A stretch of DNA of 64,000 nucleotides from Mobula hypostoma. Its lineage: Eukaryota. The stretch covers positions 11,162,001-11,226,000 of the forward strand of contig NC_086101.1 in NCBI RefSeq assembly GCF_963921235.1. Reading direction: 5' to 3'. A model generated the notes under the pieces. That model saw only the letters and a list, made by a program, of their open reading frames with translations, was not told where the DNA came from and searched no databases. The position numbers and the translations under genes are program-made. How positions within the stretch are numbered: the stretch's first letter is position 1; each line of letters begins with the position of its first letter. Shown here one piece after another: positions 40,901-52,900 of this stretch.

Positions 40901-43900
40901 AGGAGGCCATGGACCAGTATGTTGGAATGGGAAAGGGGATTGGCATTAAAATGGCTGGCCACTGGGAAATCCTGCTTGATGGGGCTGACCAGACAGTCCT
41001 CCAATCTACATCGGGTCTCACAAACGTAGAAGAGATCACACTGTGAGCACCATATACAGCTGGTAGCTCACAGCATTTCAAATTCAACACTGAGTTTAAC
41101 CACTTCAAACCATGGTCACCATGTTCATATTTTCTGACAGCAACTGTTGGTAATGGTTTTTGTGTTGTCATTTAAACCTTGACCCTAACATAGACCCATG
41201 GTGTATTTCCTCACTTGGCTCTTCTGTCTGACATCTGTCACCACTTCAACATTTTTTTGTCTCTGATGAGAGACAGTCAACCATGAGTTTGATGATCCTC
41301 TCCGCAGCTGCCTGACCCTCTGAGTGTCCCCATTCTTTCAGATCTCCAGCTTCTGAAGCGAAATCATTGTCCTGAAAACTTGTTCTAATATACCACTGGT
41401 CTGTCTTTTCAGAGCTGGAACTTCAGAAATCCATCATAGAATCTGGTAAGATTTCGATATTGAAATATTCAGAAACTATAAGGAATAACAGTTTTATTTA
41501 ATAAAATCAACCTTTTCTTCTGTTAGCATTAATTATTTAAATCCCTCGTGACATTGCTTTGTTTAGAGATTCATAAATTAAGAATAATAAATTAATTCCC
41601 TGTATTTTACAACCAAGGCTCCTTGAAATAATCTTGAAGAAATACAAAAGACCTTAGAATAGGAGCAAGCAATCTTCTCTGGGAACAGTGGGTTAAGCAT
41701 AATCTGTTGGGGCTATAACCATTAGCATAATGGATGGTGAGGGAATGTATTTTTCACATTTAGGGCAAAAGCTGCATCAAGACTGGAAGTTTTGGGTTGA
41801 AACCCTGAGTAAAGACTGATGCAGGATTTTGACCAAATATGTCGAAATTTCACTTAACTCCCCCAACCTCCACCAACCCCGCCCCCCCGCACCCCCTGAG
41901 ACGCTGCTCACTGATTTCCTCCACCGGTTGTTCTTTGTCGTGTGAATGAAATGCTCTGGGTGGAATTTTCCAAGCCCTTGTGCTTTGGGTGCTTCACGCC
42001 AACATCGAGAACATGGTGGCAACTTCCTAGAGCTGGGTTTGTATTTCTGCACCGAACATCAATCACCACTCTGACGCAGGTTGATAATATTACAGGGTCA
42101 GATGTTGCTGATCCCAGCCTACACTCACCCTGTGTCTGCACCCGTGTTCTGCAGCCCGACAGTCCGGAAAGGTCCGATCAGTGTCACTGGTTTATCACTG
42201 GACAAAACACCAATGACACAAACAGCAACTCAGTCACAGATGTTGGAGTCAGCATGACCACTGACTGCTCTAATGACACAGACACATGAAATGTGTTTAA
42301 TATATTGTCAGTGTTCTTGTGTGTCATTGAAGTAAATCTTAGGTTTTATTTATAAAGTTACTTTTATTCATACGTTTCCATCGTGGTTTGCCTTTATATT
42401 TTTTTAGGACAATGGAAACCCCTTTTGCAGTCAGGTATGTGTCCTCACTCCTCTCTCTCCCCTCCCCCCTCCCTCCTCCACACCTCACTCCCCCCTCTCT
42501 CCCCCCTTCCCCTTCCTCTCTCCCCCCTCCCCATCCCCCTCCCTCTCTCCCCCTCCCTCTCTCCCCCTCCCTCTCTCCCCCTCCCTCTCTCCCCCTCCCT
42601 CTCTCCCCCTCCCTCTCTCCCCCTCCCTCTCTCCCCCCTCCCCCTCCCTCTCTCCCCCTCCCCATCCCCCTCCCTCTCTCCCCCTCCCTCTCTCCCCCTC
42701 CCCATCCCCCTCCCTCTCTCCCCCTCCCCATCCCCCTCCCTCTCTCCCCCTCCCCCTCTCCCCCTCCCCTCCCCCCTCTCTCCCCCTCCCCCTCCCTCTC
42801 TCTCCTTCCCCCTCCCTCTCTCCCCCTTCCCCCTCCCACTCTCCCACCCCACTCTCTCTCCCTCTCCCACCCCACTCTCTCCTTCTCTGCCCCTTCCCTC
42901 TCCTTACACCCCCTCACTCCTCCATATCCCCCTCCCTCCCTCCCTCCCCATCCTCCCCCCTCCCTCCCTAAATGAGGGACAAGGCCGGATGATGGGACAC
43001 AACTCATCCCACCAGGAGAAGGGCAAAGGTCAGTCATTTCCTGTTGAGGAAAGCGAGGGATAGGAGTTGGTTCAGGAGTTCGTGTACTTGGCTCAGTGAA
43101 CCCTCCACCAACATTCTGTTTGAATCCGACAGGATCCTCTCTCCATGCGGCAGCAATAGCTCGAGCCAATTCTACAGATTCTCTTTGAGAATTTCTCCCA
43201 TTGCTGGTGGCATTGGTAAACCTTCCCTGCACTGGGAGGGAATTACTGCATCACCCGTCCAATCCCAGACAAGGTAATAGTGGACTTGGTTAAGCCCAGG
43301 GATCCTGGCTCATCAGACAGCAAAGCCTCCTTTGCCAGTGATCTACAGCAGGATCTCCAACCTTCACCATCCATATTTTCAGGTAGTTGTGTAAATAAGT
43401 TACTGACTATTTCCCCTCAACTCCTGTCAGCAAGTTTCTATCAGCAGGTCCAAACTTTAACATGGATTTGGCTGAATTCTGCAGTGACAATCATTTACCA
43501 TCAGTGGATCTCAGGGCTGAATTCTTTTTATGATCCACATTCTCAGCTTCAGCCGTCCGGCAGATGAGCTTTACCCGTGAGATGGACTGACGTGTAAATT
43601 TGGTCAGGATTTTCTGTTCAACTGCATGGATGGAAATTGAATTGAATTGGAATTGGTTTATTACTGTAACAAGCACCAGAAGGTAATTGCACACTAAATC
43701 CAAGAGAGATTCTTTTAGTCTTGTCTGTTCTTTCTGTTTTCAGTGTGGAAGAGGATACGTGGCCATGAAGGTAAGATCTTGTGTTACTAGACTGAGAGGT
43801 TTAGTATAAACAGCTTTTTGAAAATGAATCAGCCCTGGTGTAATGGGAGGTATTCAGGAGGTTGAAGGAGTTCAGGGTGATGTGTTCTCACAAAGGTGGA

Positions 43901-46900
43901 AAAAGTCATGTGGCATGATTGGTCGAAGCATCTATATACTACTAAAAACTCTCATGCTTTGTTTGTGACCTCCAATTAGCGCAAACGGTGCATTACAGCG
44001 GGAATATTTTTGGCTAACTCAACTTAAAATGCGCTAACTTACAGAATGCAGGCAAAGTTCAGGGTTATATATTTGTATAAAATTGCTCACTCGCCAAAAT
44101 CAACAGCCCCGCTTTCACCCGAGAGCCGATATCAGCCATGATGGAAACCGTGGCGCGACACCACGACGCACGCGCAAGGCCAGCCTCAGAAGCGACTCAC
44201 GATGCTCACAGCAGCGACCCCTACTGGAGCAAAAGAGCAGGGATGCTCTATTTCGAGCAGTCACTTTCTGCTAATTACCATCAGCATGTGCAGGATTGGG
44301 ACAGATCAAACTGAGACCCATCAATAAGAGATAATTAAATCCTATTGTAATGATGTACTTCGAGACATCCGTCAAACCCTTTGCTGCAGTCAAAGGACAG
44401 CGGTGACTATATCACGTCCATTTAGGAGAGCGCCAACCACATCATCAAGAATAATCAGCATCCTGGAGGCTTTGGTGTTACTGCTTCGTATCTTCTATCC
44501 AGCATTAGGGTAAAAAATATGGTCAACCGAATTATGCCACATGGAAAGAGAAGGGGAGCATTATGTTCAAGAGATGACGCCAAGCGATGTCGGGATGTGG
44601 CAAGGAGAGGGAGAGAACAAGAATCGGATGAGGCCAGGGCCGCACGACTCCGGGATCAAAGAGTCAGGACAAAAAAGATGAGAGAAGAAGAGACAGAGGA
44701 GGAGAGACATGCACATCTCCAAAATGACAACAACTGGCATAGAAGGAGGAGAGATGAAAAGACAAAGGAACTGGGAAATGCACATCTCCAGGATCAGAGA
44801 CAAAGAACAAACAGCAGAAGAGATGAAGAGACGGGGGATGAAAGGGCTGCATGTCTCCAGAATGACAAAAATAGGCACAGGAAGAGGAGAGGAAGAGACA
44901 AAGGAGCTGAGAAATGCACGTCTCCAAGATCAGAGACAAAAAATAAACAGAAGAAGAGATGGAGAGATAGCGGATGAAAGGATTGCACATCTCCAGAATG
45001 GCAACCAGAGGCACAAGGGTGGCAGATCAACCAGAAATGATGCCATCAAAAGTGGCCTTCATTAAACGAGGAGGAGCTATATTTGCCTTGCTACACGTCA
45101 TTCTTCTTTAATAAACTGAGGTTTCCTTCTTCAGTTTCCAAAGCAAAGCGATACTAATAGCATTCAGGAAAATTTAATGTTCATTCTGGTCACATCAGAC
45201 TGCACTACCCTTCTCTCAAAGGGTGCCCCGATGGGTCACCCTGTTGTCTAGTAGAATATAACAGCTCGTATGTTTTGTTTGCAAGTGGGAAGATTTGCTG
45301 GTACTGCTCTGGATTGGTGAGGGTGGGGTGGAGTGGTGTAAACTAGTCTTGCAGGGCGATGGGAACCAAAGTGCCAGAGCAGATATGGAGTGGTTGTGGG
45401 AAAAGATGCTGTTAACACTACATACAAAGACAGCAATTGAAAGGTTGAGTATGGTGGGAAGAATGTTCTGAGTTGCATCCATTTCAATGCAAGAAGTATT
45501 GTACGTCAGGCGGGGAGATTAAAGCGTGAATCAGCACGTGGAATTATGACATTGTAGCCATTGTTTGGAGGAGGGGCAGGACCGGCAGCTCAGTGTACCC
45601 GGTTCCATTGTTTTAGACGTTTTTAAACATGGGAGCAAAATTGCCAAGCATGACAGAGCACAGGCGATTAAAGGGGGAAAGCTGGTTACACCAGCCAGGG
45701 AAAAATGTTACTGCAGTGCTCAGACAGGGTAGACTGGAGGGCTCGTCTACTAAGGCTATATGGGTGGAACTGAGGAATCAGAAAGTTATGACCATGTTAA
45801 TGGGATTATGTTGTAGACCACCCTAAAGTCTGCAAGGTTTAGAGCAGCGGTCCCCAACCACCGGGCCGCGGACCGGTACCGTGCCGCAAAGCATGTGCTG
45901 CCGGGCCGCGAGGAAATGATATGATTTGGCGGTATGAAGCTGCACCTTTCCTCATTCCCAGTCACGCCCACCGTTGAGACTGAACGCACGCGAGGTCATG
46001 ACGCACGCGTGGTCATTACGGCCACGCCGGAGGTCATCAGCCAGTATGAGTAAAAAACAAACATCGCTTGAGAGTTTCTTTGGAAGAGATGGTAGGGGAC
46101 ATAAAAGGCCTAACGATGATGATAACGCAGAGACAGCTGAGGTCGAGACTGCAAAAAAAAAAGAAAGCTTCCTTCAACAGAAAATACCACGAGTCGTACA
46201 TAAAATATGGCTTTATTGCGACTGGTGACTCGCACGCTCCAAGCCCCCTGTGTGTGATATGTGGAGACAAGCTGTCTAATGAGGCAATGAAGCCCTCAAA
46301 TCTGCTTCGGCATCTTGAGTCCAAGCACCCTGCACTTAAAGACAAACACGTTAATTTTTTTTGAGTGGAAAAAACGTGAGCAAGCAGGACGGAAGGAAGT
46401 GATGAGAGCCACCGCCTCCACAAATGCTGCTGCTCTGAGAGCGTCGTACTTAGTTGCTAGCCTTATTGCTAAGGTTAAGGAGCCTTTCACCGTTGGTGAA
46501 GAATTGATTCTGCCTGCTGCCAAGGACATGTGCCGTGAACTGTTGGGAGAAGCTGCAGCTAACAAGATGGCACAGGTTTCTCTTTCAGCTCCCACAGTTT
46601 CAAGGAGAATCGATGACATAGCGGAGGACATCGAAGCCCAGCTGTTGGAACAGCTTAACGAGTCACCATGGTATGCTACCCAGGTCAATGAGACTACCGA
46701 TGTCGACAATAAGGCAATGCTGCTGGTTTATGTGCGATATATATTTCAAGACGATGTTCAGGAGGATATGTTGTGTGCACTGCCGCTGCCAACTAACACA
46801 ACTGGGGCAGAACTATTCAAGGCTTTGAACGACTACATGTCAGGCAAACTGGACTGGTCATTCTGTGTTGGAATATGCACAAACGGGGCTGCAGCTATGA

Positions 46901-49900
46901 CTGGACGTCTGTCTGGTTTCACTACCCGAGTCAAAGAGGTTGCTCCTGAATGCCAGTCTACGCGCTGTGTCACACACAGGGAAATGCTGGCTAGCCGAAA
47001 AATGTCACCAGATCTTAACAGCGTATTGAATGACGCTGTTGAAGTTATCAATCGCTTCAAAGCAAAGGCCCTGAACTCATGTCTGTGTGAGCAGCTTTGC
47101 GAGGAAATGGATGCAGAGCACAAATGCCTTCTCTTTCACACTGAAGTCAGGTGGCTATCAAGGGGGGGAGCCCTGGCCAGGGTTTTTGAGTTAAGAGAGC
47201 CGCTACAAAGATTTCTTTCAGGAAAAAAGTCACCACTGGCAGCACACTCCAGTGATGAGGAGTGGATAGCAAAACTGGCTTATCTGTGTGACATCTTCAA
47301 CCTGCTCAGTGAACTCAGTTTGTCACTTCAGGGGAGAATGACAACTGTCTTCAAGTTGGCAGATAAAGTGTCTGCTTTCAAATCCAAACGGAACTGTGGG
47401 GACGGCGAGTGGACAGGGGCATATTTGACATGTTCCCAACATTAGCTGGGATTTTGGGAGATACTGAGGCTGCACCGTCTTTCTCACAGCTGGTGCGCGA
47501 TCGCCTAACTTCGCTGTTGACAGAATTCGAGCGTTATTTCCCAACCGCAAATGACCCAAGACGTGCAAAGGAATGGGTCCGTGACCCATTCGTTAATGTC
47601 CCCGGTGAATCATCCATGTCAGCGCGGGAAGAAGATCAACTCCTCGAGCTTGCAACTGACGGCGGGCTGAAAAGTATGTTTGACATAACATCTCCGCCGG
47701 CATTCTGGATCAAAGTCAAGGCTGAATACCCTGAGATAGCCACGAAAGCACTGAAAACGTTGCTTCCATTTCCAACATCATACTTTTGCGAAGCAGGATT
47801 TTCTGCAATGAATGCAACGAAAACTAAATTGCGGAATAGACTGGACATAAGGAACCCCCTTCGAGTATCGCTGTCTCCCATCACCCCTTGATGGGACCGT
47901 CTTGTTGCAGGAAAACAAGCCCAGGGGTCCCACTGATTCAGCGATACTGGTGTGTTGATATGATTTTATATGTTCATACGGGGAAAATATGTGCTGTGTG
48001 TTTAATATCCAAACGTTACTTAAAATATTATGATGCTATTGACTTTATAAGTGACTTATGATTACCATTAATTTATATGGGAACATTTTTGAGCGTTCGC
48101 AGACCCGAAAAATAACCTACCAAATCATACCAAACGACACATAAAACCTAAAATAACACTAACATAGAGTAAAAGCAGGAATGATATGATAAATACACAG
48201 CCTATGTAAAGTAGAAATAATGTATGTACAGTGTAGTTTCACTGAACAGAATCGCTAAAAACGATTTGTCAAAAAAATCGGCACGTACATGCATGTGCAC
48301 CTCACGCATGTGCACTTCACGCATGCGCACACAGGTACCCGCGCAAGGCTTCGTGGTCATTGTAGTCTTTTTGGGGTAAACGCAGCGCATTTACTGTTAC
48401 TCTTGTGCGTTGGCAACCCACACCACCCCCCCCCCCCCCGGCCGGTCCGCAAGAATATTGTCAATAAAAAACCGGTCCGCAGCGCAAAAAAGGTTGGGGA
48501 CCCCTGGTTTAGAGGAGCAAATTCATAGAAAGATCGCAGACAGTTGGGTGATACAGAGATCAAATGTGTCAGGAAAGTTTCCTCAACATGTAGATGTCCC
48601 AAGTAGAGAGAATGCAATACTGGATCTCCTATCAGAGAATTAGGTGACAGGAGTGTGTGATGGGATTTGGATCCACTGATCATAATTCCATTAATTACGG
48701 AGAAGGATATGTCTAATCCTCAGACTGAGATTCCATATTGATAAAAGGCCAATTGGATGACATCAGAAAGGATCGGATAAGTGGGAAGCCTTCAAAATTT
48801 TGGGAGTACAGAATTTGTATTTTCCTATAAAAATAAAAGACAAGGTTAAAAGGTTTAGACAAGGTTTTGCGGGGGTGGGGTGGGGGGGGGAATGAGGCTC
48901 TGGTTAACAAGAAGCAGCAGGTGCATCACAAGTGTAGGCAGTGAAGAACAAATGAGGTACTTGAGTATAAGAAATGCAAGCAAACACTTAAGAGGAAATC
49001 AGGAGGCTAAAATAAGCCATGAAGTTGCTCCAGCGGACAAGGTGAAAAAGAATCCCAAGGACTTCTACAGATATGTGAAGAACAAAAGAATAGCACGGGA
49101 CAAAACTGACCCACTTGAAGATCAGTGTGGCATCTGTGTAGGGAGCTTAAAGAGATGGAAGGAAATCTTAAATGGATTTTTTACATCTGTATTTGCTCAG
49201 GAGATGGACAGAGTCTCTAGCAGTGAGGCAAAACAGCAGGGAGATCATGGACCGTATTGAGCTGACAGAGGAGGATGTGTTGCTGAATTAGGGTGAATAA
49301 ACGCCCAGGGCTTGACAAAGTCCCCCTTCAGACCATGTAGGATGTTAGTACAGAAATTGCAGGGGTCCTACCAGAGGTATTTAAAGCATCCTCAGCCACA
49401 AGGGAGGTGCCAGGGGATTGGAGGAGAGTTAATGTTGTTCCATTGTTTAAGAAAGGCTCTAAGAGTAAGCCAGGAAATTATAGGCAGCTGAGTCTGCCAT
49501 GGGTAGTGGGTAAGTTATTCTGAGGGACAGGAAATTTCAGTATTTGGGTAGACAACAGGGGCGGCGCTATGGTGGTGCTAGCTAGTGCTATAGTCCCAGC
49601 AGAAATTACAATAGCACCACCAAGAAATTAACTAAAATTTCACTTACAAATTGCAGCTGCTTTGCCTTCTCTGTATAGTTTTGGATACAGCTGGTTTCTC
49701 TAGTTGATCTGGAGAAACAGCGCCCCCAATTACCATAGCACCCACACAGCAATAAAGTAAAAAACTCTTGTGCTGGTCTAAGGTCAGATCCGCTGTTCAC
49801 TTCTGCTTATTCATTTGTTGTCAATGTCTTGCCGTTGCTGTCCTCAGATCAGTTAAGATTACTTAAAGTGGTGATGTCACTCATTCTCACTCACACGAGA

Positions 49901-52900
49901 GATTGATAGTATACATCCAGGCGCAGATCCATGGTCTCACGAGACTAACAGATGCCCCCTCCCCTCCCCCAACCACACACACACACACACATTGTGCTTT
50001 TACAAGTGAGCGTGGGGCCTGGCACGTGCATTATTTTGGCTGGCGTGAAAAATGGATCGATTTTTAGTCAGAAAACGACCTCATCCAGAGGAATCAGTGG
50101 TGTCTCAGCCTGAGCCTGTCTTAATTGAAAGTGAAATGCAGAAAGAAGTAATTGGGGATGAGGACGACAGCAGTTCATCGAAGGAGTGTGAGGGCAAAGT
50201 AGAGGAACAGGAAATGGAGCGGGATTCGGAAGAGAACGTGGATGAAGCTACTCTTAGTGCTAGTGGGAATACAGTTAGCGATGTTAGCCAGCAGCCTGAG
50301 GAAGGACCCCGTCGGCTAGCATTGTAAAAGTACCCTTCACTGCACGCAACAGTTTGGCGATCAGCAAAGGAGTTTTATTCATGGCTGGTTTGACTGACTG
50401 GAATATTCGATCGCGAAAGATACTACGTTCTGCTTCGCATGCAGGCATTTCCAGTGTGGAGGACATGGGTTCCATTCTGAGTCTACCTTCACTGTCACCG
50501 GTTACCGCAACTGGCGGAAAGCTACAACAGCTTTCAAAATCCACTGTGTAAGTGCAGCTCGTAGGTTTGCTATGGAGGCATGGGCTGAATTCAGATTGAG
50601 AAAACAAGACGGTTCATGTTTGGGAAATATGCTTGACAAAAGACATGCAAAGATTGTCCAAGAAAATCGTGAGTATATGAGAGCAGTGGTTAAGTCTCTA
50701 GCAAGGACAGACAGAGAATGACACGTGGAATTTCTAGCTCTAATGAGATCCTACCACGATGGATTTATAGATTTATACAAACTAATCTGCGTATCACTGA
50801 CTCTACCTGTGACATCTGCCTCATGGAAACAGAGTTTCTCTTGTCTCAGACGCGTCAAAAACTAACTAAGGAATAGCAGTGGCCAGGCTCGGAACAGCAA
50901 CTTGGCCCTGTTGGCCATAAACAGCCGGAGGACCAAAGCACTTGACATCCAGAAAATCTTTGATGCTTTCACCAGCAATCACAATAACAGACGGATTGTG
51001 CTTCTCTGAAAACATCAATGGTGATTGCAGTTGATTTTTTAAAAAATTTGGGCCAAGACTAATGCTGATTATTATTATTATTTTGTGGTGGATACCCCAT
51101 AGTCCTTATGTTTCCTGCAAATCCTAAAATATTACATTTACTGATATTAAGCCTACTGGTTTTGCTTAGACTTCCAAGCGGTGATTCTGTTGATTTTTGT
51201 TTTAAATTCAGTAGCCGAATTAATTGAGGAATTGCACAGTCAGAGTACGATTTGTCCAACTCCTGGTAAAGCCTTGCATCTGTTGTTTGCCTTATTTGAC
51301 TTTAATAACGGTGTATATTTTGGCATTGTCTGTCTATGTAATGCGAATAGCAGTGGACATTGTGGGTTAGTGCTGTGTTTTTCAGTTCAAAAGCACGCAT
51401 TTGACGCTGATTGCGGGATTGGTGTGTGATTCACGTTGTGCGCTGTGGGTCGGATGCTCTGTTGGTTTGTTTGTTTATGCTCTGTGTGGCCCGGGTTGTC
51501 TCAGATGCTGTTGACACTGTAACAGTTCACTTCTATATCATATTTATCAATTGCTGTTGCTTGTGAATCAACAGGGGCATTTATAGTAGGCACAAAATGC
51601 TTGAAACTGACTTTTGAACGCCACGCGTCTGGCCTTGCAAATACATATTACCATACAGTACATCCCTCAGCACCATCACTGAATAATTCAGCCCCACTGT
51701 ACCACCAGCAAGCAAAAATCTCTGGCGCCACCACTGGTCAGGGATAGTCTATATGACTTTGTGTGTGATGCCTCATGTCCAGTCAATCTTACAGAGTCTT
51801 TCAAGGAAGTTACCAGTAAGGTCGTTGAAGGCAAGACAGTGGATGTTGTCTATATGGACTTTAACAAGGTCTTTGACAAGATGCCACTTGGGAGTTTATT
51901 CAGGAAGGATCAGCCACTTGCCATTTGGGATGAGATAGCAAATTGGATTTGATATTTGCTTCACGGGAGAAGCCAGTGAGAGGTAGTAAATGATTGCCTC
52001 TCTGACTGCTGCCCTGTGACTAGTGGAGTACTGCTGGGATCAGTGGGAGGTCCATTACTGTTTGTCTTCTGTATCACTGATCTGCATGATGATGTGGTAA
52101 ACTGCAACAGCAAATTTTCAGATGACACCAAGTTTGTGGGTCTGATGGACAGGGAGGAAGGCTATCAAAGCTTTCAGCAGGATGGACCAACTGGAAAAAT
52201 GGGCTGAAAAATGACAGATGTAATTTCATGCAAATAAGTGTTTGGAAGAACAAACCAGGGTAAGACTTGCAGGGTGAGGGGTAAGGCACTGAGGAACAAA
52301 AGTATCTAGGAATACAGATCCTTAATTCCTTGAAAGTTTTGTCACAGTTTGTAAAGAGAGTTTTGGCACATAGGCCTTCGTAAATCATAAATTGAGTACA
52401 GGAGTTGCAATGTTATGTCAAAAACATTGGTGAGGCCAAGTCTGGAGTATTATCTGCAGTTCTGGTCACCCACCGACAGGAAAGATCAATATGATTGAAA
52501 ACGAGTACAGAGAAAACTTGCACGGATGCTGATGGGGCTTGAGGACCTACCTGAGTTATCGGGCAGGGTTAAATAGGTTAGGAGTTTATTCCACTGAGTG
52601 TAGGAGAATGAGGGGCAATTTGACAGAAGTGTACACAATTATGAGGGGTATAGATAAGATAAATGCACGCAGACATTTTCACTGAGGTTGACTGAGACTA
52701 GAACTAGAGAGCATAGGACAAGAACTATCCTCCATAATTATCTTGAAGCTAATGGAATTATGATCACTCGATCAAAAGTGTTTCCCTACACACACTTCTG
52801 TCGCCTGCCTTGTCTCTTTCCCTATTACACAATCTCAAGTTGCAACCTCTTATATATTGATTAAGGAACGTTTCCTGTACACAGTTGACACACTCAGTCA

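Noticed and set aside
42339..43232. Long Gly/Glu/Arg-rich and Pro/Ser/Leu-rich ORFs on both strands
   Set aside because: Artefacts of the C/T low-complexity tract, which lacks stop codons.
46315..47445. Domesticated ZBED5/SCAND3-like host gene
   Set aside because: TIRs and TSD are present, and frameshifts plus a premature stop show a decayed transposon copy.
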